From Octopus bimaculoides (lineage: Eukaryota), in the NCBI RefSeq assembly GCF_001194135.2, contig NC_068995.1:10308723-10358812 (forward strand): a stretch of 50,090 bases of DNA. Reading direction: 5' to 3'. The notes under the pieces are model-generated. The model had not been told where the DNA came from. It ran no database searches and worked only from the letters and a program-made list of their open reading frames with translations. Shown piece by piece: positions 23,815 through 36,299 of this stretch. The first letter of the stretch is position 1. Each line of letters begins with the position of its first letter. The translations under genes were made by a program, and so were the position numbers.

Positions 23815-24213
23815 GGAAAACAGTCACTTCATTACGTTACCTCAACTCTCTGCTGACCTCATCAGCTAGAGATCATAAGCAAATCGCATTGCGCCTTCTA
23901 AATGATAGCGCTTCTTTCGGAGATCTATACCGGCACGTCTAAAACAAATTTGTCTTCCCTTAAAACAACGACTATAGTTTGTCTTGCAGTAATTTTCCTA
24001 ACATAATTATATGGGTAGGAAACATAGACATTGTACAGGAATAAAATTAACTCACTAGATGTGATTCGTATGAGATACTTGTGCACAATATATAAGATTT
24101 CGTGGGGTGACAACAAACCAAATAGAGATTTTCTTGAAAAATACAATAAAAGTGACGTTGAAAATTTCGTTATGTGTAAAAATGGTATGGACGATTCGAG
24201 AAACCCAAAATAA
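23815..24213 (+). mobile_element. RTE-clade LINE fragment (RT C-terminal region), degenerate
   Basis: SASFGDLYRHV / LAVIFLT*LYG*ET*TLYRNKINSLDVIRMRYLCTIYKISWGD...MDDSRNPK resembles RTE/BovB-type SSAFGRL...LLYGCETWTLYR...F..RCLR.I..I.W.D...MDD.R.PK. Confidence 0.75.
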
Positions 24214-24562
24214 TTCTTTATAATCAGCTTCCAATTACCCAGAGATATGTCCCAATGCCACCATTGCGCTAAAACGCGAAGAAAGGACTAAAGAAAAGAT
24301 TGAGGTCACTGGAATTTAATCCTTGATTTTCGAAATACTAAACACTTAATCTCCAAATTTCGCGTAATATGTGCTTTCATAGGGCTCTCAATTTCGAGAA
24401 AGAAAAAATATTTTAACATAGGAGTATACTCCACTCTAAGGTAAAGACCAGCTCTATATTATCTACGAGCAGCGAACCTGTCTGCTACAGTTCAGAGGAG
24501 ATTTGTTGTTCATAGCAGTAAGACGAGGAAACTAATACAGGAGAGCTAAAATACCAAACGTG

Positions 24563-24780
24563 TTCTTTTCTACTCTAGGTACAAGGCCCGAAATTTGGGG
24601 AGAGGAGGGGCAGTCGATTAGATAGTCTCTAGTACGTAACTGGTATTTTATTTATCGACCCCGAACGGATGAAAGGCAAAGTCGACCTCGGCAGAATTTG
24701 AACTCAGAACGTAAAGACAGACGAAATAACGCTAAACATCTCGCCTGGCGTGATAACGTTTCTGCCAGCTCACCGCCTTT
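24563..24780 (-). mobile_element. Full-length SINE family A (3' member of dimer)
   Basis: Near-consensus copy from tail ttcttttctactctagg to head ccgccttt. Confidence 0.9.
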
Positions 24781-24794
24781 CAGTATAAATATAA

Positions 24795-24933
24795 TCTTTT
24801 CTACTCTAGGCACAAGGCCCGAAATTTTGGGGGAGGGGACCAGTCGATTAGATTGACCCCCAGGACGAAACTGGTACTTAATTTATCGACCCCGAAAAGC
24901 TGAAAGGTAAAGTCGAGCTCGGCGGAATTTGAA
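24795..24933 (-). mobile_element. 5'-truncated SINE family A (5' member of dimer)
   Basis: Tail through the central domain, truncated at the B-box (ggcggaatttgaa). Confidence 0.9.
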
Positions 24934-25183
24934 AATACCAATCGTGATTTCTCACATCACAAGAAATCTTCTACGCCAAATTTAACTTAATTTGAGTTCA
25001 TTGATTTTAACCAATTTATTCCAAAATTACCATATTTTATCAACATTTTCTTAATTATATCCTCATTTAGCTATATCAGCATTTTTTATGAATAATAATT
25101 TACATTTTGTTACTGAAAGTTAAAAAGTTATTCTCTACATCAGAATCCATCATATATATATATAGTCTCTCTCTATATATATA

Positions 25184-25317
25184 GTGAGAATTTACAAAAA
25201 AAAGACAAAAACGACGAAGACGGGTGTGTAAACAACAAACAGAAGTATTAATTTAACGCTCGGGAAGTGACAAAGTGTTTTACGTTTCGAGCCTACGTTC
25301 TTCGACAGAAAGGAACA
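25184..25317 (-). mobile_element. Short TA-anchored repeat with hammerhead-like motif, copy 1 (Penelope/retrozyme-like)
   Basis: Homologous to 25545 and 28723; minus strand ctttCTGTCGAaGAACgtagGCTCGAAACGTAaaa. Confidence 0.7.
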
Positions 25318-25319
25318 CC

Positions 25320-25375
<56 letters not shown>

Positions 25376-25544
25376 GCTGTTCAAAAAAGTCTCTCTGCAG
25401 TAAGTATTTTATTGCAAAATAAATGTTTATAAGATGGTATAAGACTACAAAAGAATATACTAGACTTTACAAGATTAAAAAAACTTTATAAGAGGTGTTG
25501 AAAGTGTCATCCTTCATTTTCAANNNNNNNNNNTATATATAAAA

Positions 25545-25732
25545 TGAGAATTTCCAGAAAAAAACACAAAACCGACGAAGACGGGTGTGTAAACAACAAA
25601 CAGATGTATTAGTTTAACATTCGGGAAGTGAGAAAGTCTTTTACGTTTCGAGCTTACACTCTTCAACAGAAGGGAACACAGAAATAAGCAGAGAGAAAAA
25701 ATAAAAAATATATAGTGGCTAGCGATCAATCA
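25545..25732 (-). mobile_element. Short TA-anchored repeat with hammerhead-like motif, copy 2
   Basis: Minus strand cccttCTGTTGAaGAGTgtaaGCTCGAAACGTAaaag. Confidence 0.7.
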
Positions 25733-26147
25733 TATATGTATATGCACATATATTTCTGTAATAGTATAAAGAGAGCATGTGGTTCAAGATACAACTAAGT
25801 CAAAATTCTCCCATGCGTCTTAACTTTGGTTTCTGTGGGCATCCCTTTTTGGCGATTAGGCTGATATGGTAGATCCTGACACTTCCCAGGCTTCCAACAC
25901 TGAAGGGATGAAGATATTCTAAAACCAGAGAACTGATCCTAATGCTGACAGCATAGTGGACTCTTTTGTTAAGGGCATGCAAGTGTCAGGTGATGATGTT
26001 AAAAAGACTGCCAGAAAGAAATCGAACATCCAAGAATGATAAGAAGGTATTTCAACTAAAAACAGAAATTTTAAAAGAAAACAGAATAAATACTGGTGGT
26101 AATCTCATCCGACGCTCTACAGATCCCGCAACTCACGTACCTCTCGG

Positions 26148-26222
26148 GAGCGGTATTTTATTTTATCGTTTCTAAGAGGAGGAAAGACAAAGTTGAGCTC
26201 GGAGAGATTCGAAATCAGGATG
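26148..26222 (-). mobile_element. Degenerate SINE family A fragment
   Basis: ggtattttattttatcg...gaaagacaaagttgagctcgg...ttcgaaatcagga. Confidence 0.45.
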
Positions 26223-27209
26223 CAAGCAAGTAACATACGAGTAAATACTACATTACACTTCATGTAATGCTCTTATATTGCTTATCAGTAAACTAAAATA
26301 TACATTATAAATGCATACTGAAACATAAAATGAAAACATTTATTGGGGAAAAGTCATTAATAAGGAAATATATTTACATCAAAGAAATACTTTATATGGA
26401 ATTAATTCATTTCCATGGTATGCGATGCGTTATGTAATTTTATCTATGTATGTATGCATATATATATATATATATATATATATACGTGTTTGTGTATGTA
26501 TATATGTATGTATGTATGTATGTATGCATATGTATATGTATGCATGTATGTATATAATTCTTTTGGGGAACCGTAGACTTCAAGTAGATGATAAAGTTAT
26601 AAATAATTGCGTGTAAACATCGGGTTAAAAACCCTTAGAAGTGGGTTCGCATCTTACAGGCCTTCGACATTTTTCCAGCCTAATATTCACATACTGTTAT
26701 TTATCGCTTTATCCTCTGCTTCGAGATCTACTGTTCCAAAAAAGAATTAGTTCGCGTTCTCTTGGAGTTTATAATGTCTTATAACACCAGCAATACATTC
26801 CCATACGCATATAACTATATATGCATGTATGTGTGTACATGCGTATGTATATATGTGTACGTAGGTCTTTATGTACATGACTGTATGTGTATATACATAA
26901 AAATCTATCTGCTTATACATATATACATTTATATATATACACACGTACATATCTACATAGGGTTACTGTAAATAATTAGACAATATTTAGATTGAGATCC
27001 AACTGATTCCAATGTGTTTTCCCGAATATTTATAAACGCTACTGCGTAAAATTCCCTTAGGTTTGTAACCATCCCAATATATACTTTTTGTCAAAATTGA
27101 ATGAGACCTAATTAGTTTGAAATACAGATTCTTTGGCTTTATCACAACCAGCTGCTATGTCTTATGGGTTATAACAAAGCTAGTAGTACGCTATAAAGCA
27201 ACAAAATTT

Positions 27210-27243
<34 letters not shown>

Positions 27244-27261
27244 TATATATAGTGTCTATAA

Positions 27262-27302
<41 letters not shown>

Positions 27303-27312
27303 NNNNNNNNNN

Positions 27313-27350
<38 letters not shown>

Positions 27351-27933
27351 CACGTACACATATATTATACATGTACATACATATATACGTGTGTGTGTGT
27401 GTGTGTGTGATATCACATTCCTTATCATTCCTTTAATACGTTATTATCAACTTTTATGTTCTGTCTCGAGGATGAATACTTTTCAGCTACAGGAAGACAA
27501 ATGATTTTCAGTGTTACACAACATCGTACAAAACTCCCACCACCACCACCACCACTACCACTAATACTACTACTGCAATAAAAAGAAATTATGTTTTGTG
27601 TACTTTTTATCTACTCTATTATATCCTGTTCATTAAGCAACAATTCTCTTCTATTCATTTGTTATGAGAAATGAATTATCAACTGACAGTCAGCCCAAAG
27701 CTATACTCGTTTTGTATATATGTATGCGTGCGCGTGTGGGGTGTGTACATGTGTGCGTGTATACCTGTTTAGATATGCATACGTACTTGTATACCTACAA
27801 TAATATATATGTCTACGTACTTGTTCGTACGTATATATTTATGAATGTGCATGTATATGTATGCGAATGCATATATGTGTGTTTGTGTGTGTAGATGGAT
27901 GGAACGATAGATAGATAGACAGACAGATGGAAG

Positions 27934-27966
<33 letters not shown>

Positions 27967-28046
27967 TATATACAAGCACATATGTATATATATTTCTATG
28001 CATGTATATTTATATGTATATATATATATATATAAATAATACAGAA

Positions 28047-28222
28047 TGGGGCAAGAACACAAAGCATCCAGACAGTTAGGTGATACAAGAAAGGGACAAA
28101 ACATCCAGATGGACGATACAAAGAAAACACGGACAGGTCATTCGGAGTTTTCTTTCTTCAGTCGAGATCCAGATTATCTTTGCAATTTCGGCTGGTTATT
28201 CTCGATATTGCTCCAATCTGGC
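28047..28222. repeat. Unclassified interspersed repeat fragment (possibly Penelope-associated)
   Basis: Non-microsatellite block wedged between TA arrays that resembles a recalled octopus repeat; no second copy in this window. Confidence 0.3.
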
Positions 28223-28722
28223 CATCCCCACACAAGCATATATGTGTATATATTTCTATGCATGTATATTATATGTAGTTGTGTGTGCATGTATCTATGT
28301 ATACTTTTATTCTTTTTCTGTTTCAAGCAGATACAGGGGCCATGCTGGAGCACCGTTATTCTGTGTATTTGGGTCTTATTTCGGTACTGTTTTTGATGAA
28401 GAAGCGAGCTGGACGAAGCTGCTCTTCTTTCTGCCACCTGCAGTGATGCGGACTCATCTGGGATTTCATATAGACATTTGTTCAGGTGTTATTTGAACGT
28501 TTCCACATCTACACTTTGCAGATCTCATAGGTTCCTTAGATGTTTTGGTCCCCAGAAACCCAAGCTGTTGCAATACTGGGTCCTTATCTGAGATGAAGAA
28601 GACGTTATCTTGGGTATTTTGCAATACCGTCCCGTTCGGTGGTTGGTATAGATTACAATTCCAAAGCTGGGAGCTGCACCTACCAGAATCATCCATATAT
28701 ATATATATATATATATATATAT

Positions 28723-28930
28723 GGGAGAATATACAAAAAATAACAACAGACGAGGACAGGTGGTGTAAATAACAAAAGTATATATTAGTATGACGCTCGG
28801 GAATACGGAAAGTCTTTGACGTTTCGAGCTACGCTCTTCAACAGAAAGAATACGGAGACAAGGAGAAAAACACGGAGAAAAAAAATTGAATAGTGTTCAG
28901 TCAACGGTCAATCATAATAATGGCCGATCA
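28723..28930 (-). mobile_element. Short TA-anchored repeat with hammerhead-like motif, copy 3
   Basis: Homologous to copies 1 and 2; abuts (TA)n at the same gagaat boundary. Confidence 0.72.
28813..28849 (-). ncRNA. Minimal type I hammerhead ribozyme-like motif with U at core position 6
   Basis: Minus strand UCUUU CUGUUGA A GAGC GUA GCUC GAAAC GUC AAAGA: 5-bp stem I, 4-bp stem II, GAAA, loopless palindromic stem III (ACGU) and a GUC cleavage triplet. Confidence 0.6.
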
Positions 28931-30343
28931 TAACAATGACTGACCGGAAGTTAGAAATTCTTATTTCAGGAGAGCTAAGAAAGGGGGAGATAACGAACGG
29001 TGATCGGGAACGAGGGGCTGTGTGTGGGAGGTAGACTGCTGGTGATCTTGACGTATGCATGTCATGTATGTATCTATGCATGCATGTATGTATATGTGTA
29101 TGTATGTTAATTTATGTGAACGCAATTCGTAAATGTATGCTTTACCATATGAGAACTGATGGACCATGAATTTCATGTTTCTGCTTATTCTGTTGAGCGT
29201 CCGATTCTTTTCTTTTTCCTTAAATTCCCTGCATGAATATATTTTAAAATATTACACGGAATTTATCAAGGAAAAAGCTTAAGTCTAAATATATATATAT
29301 TTTAAATCTTGTAAGCCATCGGTATAAGAACTGTTGTTGTAAGGTTACGGTCTCCATGGCATTTATGGCTCTAGTGGAAACACTCCAAACACCTTTTTTT
29401 TTAAAAACTTACTTCGAATTCAAATCTCTTACAATGAGGTTACTCTACGAACTATTCAACAAACTATGAGATTTCGATGTTGTTTAAGAATTTCTAAACA
29501 ATGTTTTGATAACACTCCTACAATAAAGCTTTTCTTTTTCTTTGAACCTCGTCGAAAGTCAAGGACGTTGGTTCTTACATAGAAATATACTTAGCTCCAT
29601 GTATACAAGGTGCTGATAATTCTGTTTTTCTGTTCAAATTATAATTCGAATTATATGATCGCTTTAACGATTTCACAAATTCGAGCAATGGAAAGTATTA
29701 GTTTATACCTCATTAAGCCTTATTCAAGTTTAATGCAGTTGTACCAGATGTATAGCTATACAATTGTATATTAGATTAATAAATATGTATGTTTAAATTC
29801 GCATACAACATAAATTTTCCATGACGTGTGCATATGAGCGTTCATGTGTGTCACAGTATATCATTTTCTCTTGTATATAAAAATGTGTGCATGTACTTTC
29901 CAAATCTTAGGCCATAGATTGGCATCAAAGATATTGTATAGAAGCACGTCTTTTTAAGGAGACGTTCTTAGGCTATGTGACCTTTAGACTATGTGACCTT
30001 TAGGTTTCATATCTGCTTGAGAATTTTTTTTTTTTTTTCTTATTTGTTAGTTATCTTTTCGTTTTGTTTTGCTAGAACCGTATGTTAATATTTTATCGAT
30101 GTAGCAACGATCGTCAGTATCCCTTTGAAATTATATACATATATATAATTTATGTACGTGTGTGTGTGTGCGCGCGCGCGTAGATATATGCATATATGTA
30201 GTTATATATGTGCATGTATCTATGTATGTATGTATGTACGTACGTACGAACGTAGGTATAGACAGACACACAGACAGACACACAGACAGACAGACAGACA
30301 CAGACAGACATACAGACACACAGACACACAGACAGGTAGATAA

Positions 30344-30382
<39 letters not shown>

Positions 30383-30686
30383 CATGTAGTAACCCTTACA
30401 TATACATACATAAAAGCATATGATTTTATCATTTCTTTTGTAAAAGAATCTTGTTACTAAGCTTCGGTAAAAGTTCATTGGCGCAGCATTATACCTCATA
30501 GAGAGAGCAAACAGTACCATAGTATCAAAGCTGCATCTGACCGAACAATGTTAAAATCAGAGCCTTTTTAGTTGTGAGACTCACATGTTCTCTCTAAAAG
30601 TGTAAGTCACTCCCTACCATCAATGATTTTTATAACTAAGCCTACGAATACAATATTGATCAATTCTTATATACTGCAGGGTGTTG

Positions 30687-30726
<40 letters not shown>

Positions 30727-32068
30727 NNNNNNNNNNNNNNNNNNNNNNNNNNNNNNNNNNNNNNNNNNNNNNNNNNNNNNNNNNNNNNNNNNNNNNNNNN
30801 NNNNNNNNNNNNNNNNNNNNNNNNNNNNNNNNNNNNNNNNNNNNNNNNNNNNNNNNNNNNNNNNNNNNNNNNNNNNNNNNNNNNNNNNNNNNNNNNNNNN
30901 NNNNNNNNNNNNNNNNNNNNNNNNNNNNNNNNNNNNNNNNNNNNNNNNNNNNNNNNNNNNNNNNNNNNNNNNNNNNNNNNNNNNNNNNNNNNNNNNNNNN
31001 NNNNNNNNNNNNNNNNNNNNNNNNNNNNNNNNNNNNNNNNNNNNNNNNNNNNNNNNNNNNNNNNNNNNNNNNNNNNNNNNNNNNNNNNNNNNNNNNNNNN
31101 NNNNNNNNNNNNNNNNNNNNNNNNNNNNNNNNNNNNNNNNNNNNNNNNNNNNNNNNNNNNNNNNNNNNNNNNNNNNNNNNNNNNNNNNNNNNNNNNNNNN
31201 NNNNNNNNNNNNNNNNNNNNNNNNNNNNNNNNNNNNNNNNNNNNNNNNNNNNNNNNNNNNNNNNNNNNNNNNNNNNNNNNNNNNNNNNNNNNNNNNNNNN
31301 NNNNNNNNNNNNNNNNNNNNNNNNNNNNNNNNNNNNNNNNNNNNNATATATATTATTGCGTCAGGGGAGAGTCATTCTGTTTTAAGGGCTTATCAATTAA
31401 CCTACTCATCGGTTTGATTTCCATTCATTTATCTTTTCTAAAATTTTCGTTGCTACTTGCAACCTCTTCAATATTCATTAACTCTGTTATCGGTGCTGCT
31501 TTTTATATGTCTGTGTGTATCTGTATGTATTATATATATACATGCATGCATATATGTATGTATGTGTATATAAATATGTGTGTGTGTTTGCGCATATATA
31601 TATATATATGTATGTATGTATGTATGTATATATACATTCATATTTGCGCAAATACTAATCGGACACAGAATGTGTGTCGTTAGCCAATTGTAAGAGATGT
31701 TTTCATGTGGCTATAAACATCAGTAGCACTGTCCCGTAATAGACGCCACACTTGGTTGGCAATTAATGTTACTATTCTGTATTGCTACTGTTTACATCTC
31801 GCTTAAGTGTTTTTATGATTCCTGTGCTTGTCCGTATGTGAATGTTCATGAGTATATATGTTTGTATGTACACATATAATATATATACACAGCTTCATTA
31901 CTAATTTCTAATTTTCACATTATCAGTTGTTTCCTGTCATATATTTCATTTATTCACCCTCATATTGCTTGACCTGACGTCAAAATTGCTTTTGAATTAC
32001 ATTCTGAATAATTTATAAAAAAACACATTTATATTCATATGCGCACATACATACATGTACATCTCTAC

Positions 32069-32126
<58 letters not shown>

Positions 32127-33720
32127 ATATGTATATATATGTACATTTAGTCCTATTTTTGGTATTATGTATATATGTATAAGTATGGGTACTATGTATG
32201 TATATATATATATAAATATACGCACACACATACATATATATATANNNNNNNNNNNNNNNNNNNNNNNNNNNNNNNNNNNNNNNNNNNNNNNNNNNNNNNN
32301 NNNNNNNNNNNNNNNNNNNNNNNNNNNNNNNNNNNNNNNNNNNNNNNNNNNNNNNNNNNNNNNNNNNNNNNNNNNNNNNNNNNNNNNNNNNNNNNNNNNN
32401 NNNNNNNNNNNNNNNNNNNNNNNNNNNNNNNNNNNNNNNNNNNNNNNNNNNNNNNNNNNNNNNNNNNNNNNNNNNNNNNNNNNNNNNNNNNNNNNNNNNN
32501 NNNNNNNNNNNNNNNNNNNNNNNNNNNNNNNNNNNNNNNNNNNNNNNNNNNNNNNNNNNNNNNNNNNNNNNNNNNNNNNNNNNNNNNNNNNNNNNNNNNN
32601 NNNNNNNNNNNNNNTATATATATATATATATATATATGCATATACATTACTACGTACAATATTATGTGACATAATATTGTATCAAATCGATGATACTACT
32701 TTATTCAAAGTTTAGCGCATTTTTTACGAAATTCTTAATGTCCAGTTGCAATCCTATTTTTATATGCATAAATTTCTGAACATAAATATTTGCATATATA
32801 TGTATATCTCTAAGAAGACTTATAAATGTAAATAGTGATGTATATGCTCATGTGGATGAATGCAAATGTATGTATGCAAATGTATTCATATTCTGTTATA
32901 TTTATGACTCTCCATTGAAATTCGCATACTTATATTTGTTTGTATGTATATTTGCTTGCATATATTCATATATAATATATATATACATATATGTATATGT
33001 ATGTATGTATGCATATGTATGAATAAATATAGATATAGATATATAAGTATATATGCATAATATATATATATATTATACATATGTATGTATGTATGTGTGT
33101 ATATATATATATACATGTATATATATATTATGCATACATAATTATATATATGTATATTTATTCATGTATGCAAATACGCACACACATTCACACGTATATA
33201 TATATGCACACACACGTGCATACGTGTGTGTGTGTGTATGTGTGTGTATTCTTTCATGTCACGTTCTCTTTTTGAATACATACGCATATATGCATAAATA
33301 CATGGATACATATACATCTACACATATAGACACACATTATATTGGTTTCCTTGTTTTTAATGATTGATCATTTGTTTCGTGTCATAAACAATATGGAGGT
33401 CAGTCTGTGACCGGAAGTCTATTTCATACCGTATTGATTGCTGCTGTTGACATTTTAGCTGACATAAACATAAATTTTATAGTGAATCGATTCATTTAGA
33501 CTTGTTTTAAAATGCCTTTCCATGATTGTTGGAGTTGATGCAGTTAAACGAAGTCTCTTATACGAAATAAAATGGGGATTTAATCATTTTTCATGCTAAT
33601 AAAATGCAAATGCAATCGAATCATAAATCGACAAATATATTATTAATATGATTTGTAAGATTTACCGGTTGTGTAGAGGTAGATACCGCAAAGTATGACT
33701 GAATTCTGAACCATGTGGTT

Positions 33721-33764
<44 letters not shown>

Positions 33765-33767
<3 letters not shown>

Positions 33768-33863
33768 GAGGGTGTGTGTGTGTGTGTATATATATATACG
33801 ACGGCCGCTGCGATAGGCGAGTGTATCTGGGAATAAAATTATAATTAACTGCACACCCTCGCA
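33765..33863. mobile_element. 99-bp mariner-MITE-like remnant
   Basis: Terminal inverted repeats tacgagggtgtg / cacaccctcgca (11/12). The internal aaaattataattaactg resembles the subterminal region of the 20033 copy. Confidence 0.45.
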
Positions 33864-34177
33864 CGGAACTAAATTAAACTGTTTTAAATGATAACAATGT
33901 GTGTGTGTGTGTATATCTCTGTGTGTCTGTGTAAACTCCATGCGTGTCTTGGACGATTCCAGAGACTGATTCATGAGCATATGTTTGTTTCAAAATTTAA
34001 GCCGGCTCTAGTTAAACTAAATTACATAGAGCATATAGTTACATTCTTCCAACGTTATCTCGATAAGATAAATGGTTAATTTTTTAAATTTATATATTCG
34101 CTTGCATACAACTAAAGCATGCACCGTATGCTTTGCACTTAGGTTACAAAAGAACAGAGACAGACAAATACACAGAC

Positions 34178-34268
<91 letters not shown>

Positions 34269-34517
34269 GCCGAAACCCTCTGCTTTCCGATCTTCGAGCG
34301 ATAATGGAAGTAAAACAAAAATTTCCATACGAAGTGAAGAGGCATCGAATATAAACAAAATTTGAATAATATCTGTGAAGAACAAAAGAAGCAATTTTGA
34401 TTGACTGAAAGCGTTTTGTAGTATTATGCAAGACGAATCAGCCTCCACCTGTTAGGCATTTTAAAGATTTCAAGAATTATGACGATCAAATATCTGTTAC
34501 TTCAAAATGATTAAACT

Positions 34518-34733
34518 GGCAATCCGTCGGTTACGACGACGAGTGCACCAGTTCATCCGATCAACGGAACAGCCTGCTCGTGAAATTAACGTGCAAGTGA
34601 CGGAGCACTCCACGCACACGCATGCCCTTAACGTAGTTCTCAGGGTGATTCAACGTGACAAGGAATTTGAAATACAGGAAAAATTCACTTTTGCCAGCTG
34701 AGTGGACTGAAGCAACAAGAAATAAAGTATGTC
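34518..34733 (-). mobile_element. SINE family B 3' part (CORE variant), 5'-truncated
   Basis: Same 3' module as 22977, continuing into ttgccagctgagtggactgaagcaacaagaaataaagt (CORE-like). Confidence 0.85.
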
Positions 34734-36087
34734 GGATATATCTTACTTTGAAACTACTTGTAATCAAACTCAGATAAACATGGCAACAAAATTTTAAGGG
34801 GTAAATACTTTCGCACAATAAAATATGATATTCGAAAGACATAAATTTTTAATATTTATTTTGTGCATTAGTACCGTTGCACAAATAGAATTATTATATA
34901 TAGATAGAGATCTAAGGCGTTTTAGTATGAATATTTATTTCTGTGGCAAAGGTTTGTGTAATAAAAATTTAATATCAATTTATCCAAAAACTAATATGTT
35001 CATTTTCGTAAATTTTTTATAAGTCATCCGAAAAGAATTAATGATCCATAAACGTGCGTTACGACTAAATGAAGGAGAATGCCATAAAATGGTGTGGAAT
35101 TAAGAGAATTTATATTATACCATTAATCTAATCGTTAAATCTGCATATGTACATCATTACTTCCATTGATAAGCGTAAACAAATACATATGCATACATAT
35201 ATATATATATAATTTTGAATTATATATAGGTATATATGTATCAGTATGTACCGCTCACACACTAGGAAAAATCCTTCTTCCCCAAAAAGGATAGTAACAT
35301 CCTGGGAAAAGATTTTATAACATTTTTTGAAATAATTTTTTATAGATATAAATAATTTCATATACATATATATATCTGCATACATATATATATATATAAT
35401 TTTGAATTATATATAGGTATATATGTATCAGTATGTACCGCTCACACACTAGGAAAAATCCTTCTTCCCCAAAAAGGATAGTAACATCCTGGGAAAAGAT
35501 TTTATAACATTTTTTGAAATAATTTTTTATAGATATNNNNNNNNNNNNNNNNNNNNNNNNNNNNNNNNNNNNNNNNNNNNNNNNNNNNNNNNNNNNNNNN
35601 NNNNNNNNNNNNNNNNNNNNNNNNNNNNNNNNNNNNNNNNNNNNNNNNNNNNNNNNNNNNNNNNNNNNNNNNNNNNNNNNNNNNNNNNNNNNNNNNNNNN
35701 NNNNNNNNNNNNNNNNNNNNNNNNNNNNNNNNNNNNNNNNNNNNNNNNNNNNNNNNNNNNNNNNNNNNNNNNNNNNNNNNNNNNNNNNNNNNNNNNNNNN
35801 NNNNNNNNNNNNNNNNNNNNNNNNNNNNNNNNNNNNNNNNNNNNNNNNNNNNNNNNNNNNNNNNNNNNNNNNNNNNNNNNNNNNNNNNNNNNNNNNNNNN
35901 NNNNNNNNNNNNNNNNNNNNNNNNNNNNNNNNNNNNNNNNNNNNNNNNNNNNNNNNNNNNNNNNNNNNNNNNNNNNNNNNNNNNNNNNNNNNNNNNNNNN
36001 NNNNNNNNNNNNNNNNNNNNNNNNNNNNNNNNNNNNNNNNNNNNNNTATATATATGTGTGTGTGTGTGTGTGTGTATGTGTTTGTAT

Positions 36088-36299
36088 GTCTGTGTTTGTC
36101 CCCCCAACATCGCTTGACAACCGATGCTGGTGTGTTTATGTCCCTGTAACTTAGCGGTTCGGCAAAAGAGACCGAAAGAATAAGTACTAGGCTTCCAAAG
36201 AATAAGTCCTGGGGTCGATTTGCTCGACTAAAGGCGGTGCTCCAGCATGGCCACAGTCAAAAGACTGAAACAAGTAAAAGAGTAAAGAGTAAAAGAGTA
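36088..36299 (+). mobile_element. SINE family C 3' module (well preserved); the head probably lies in the adjacent gap
   Basis: tgtttgtccccccaacatcgcttgacaaccgatgctgg...gtaacttagcggttcggcaaaa...ctggggtcgatttgctcgactaa...gaaacaagtaaaagagtaaagagt; preceded by TA/TG repeats and N. Confidence 0.88.

Noticed and set aside
25866-26039. 58-codon frame with one internal stop (MVDPDTSQ...KKSNIQE)
   Set aside because: Protein-like composition but no homology I can recognise; too short to distinguish from chance without a search.
28131-28166. Minus-strand CTGAAGA core-like motif
   Set aside because: Followed by GAAT rather than GAAA, with a weak stem II and no stem I pairing.
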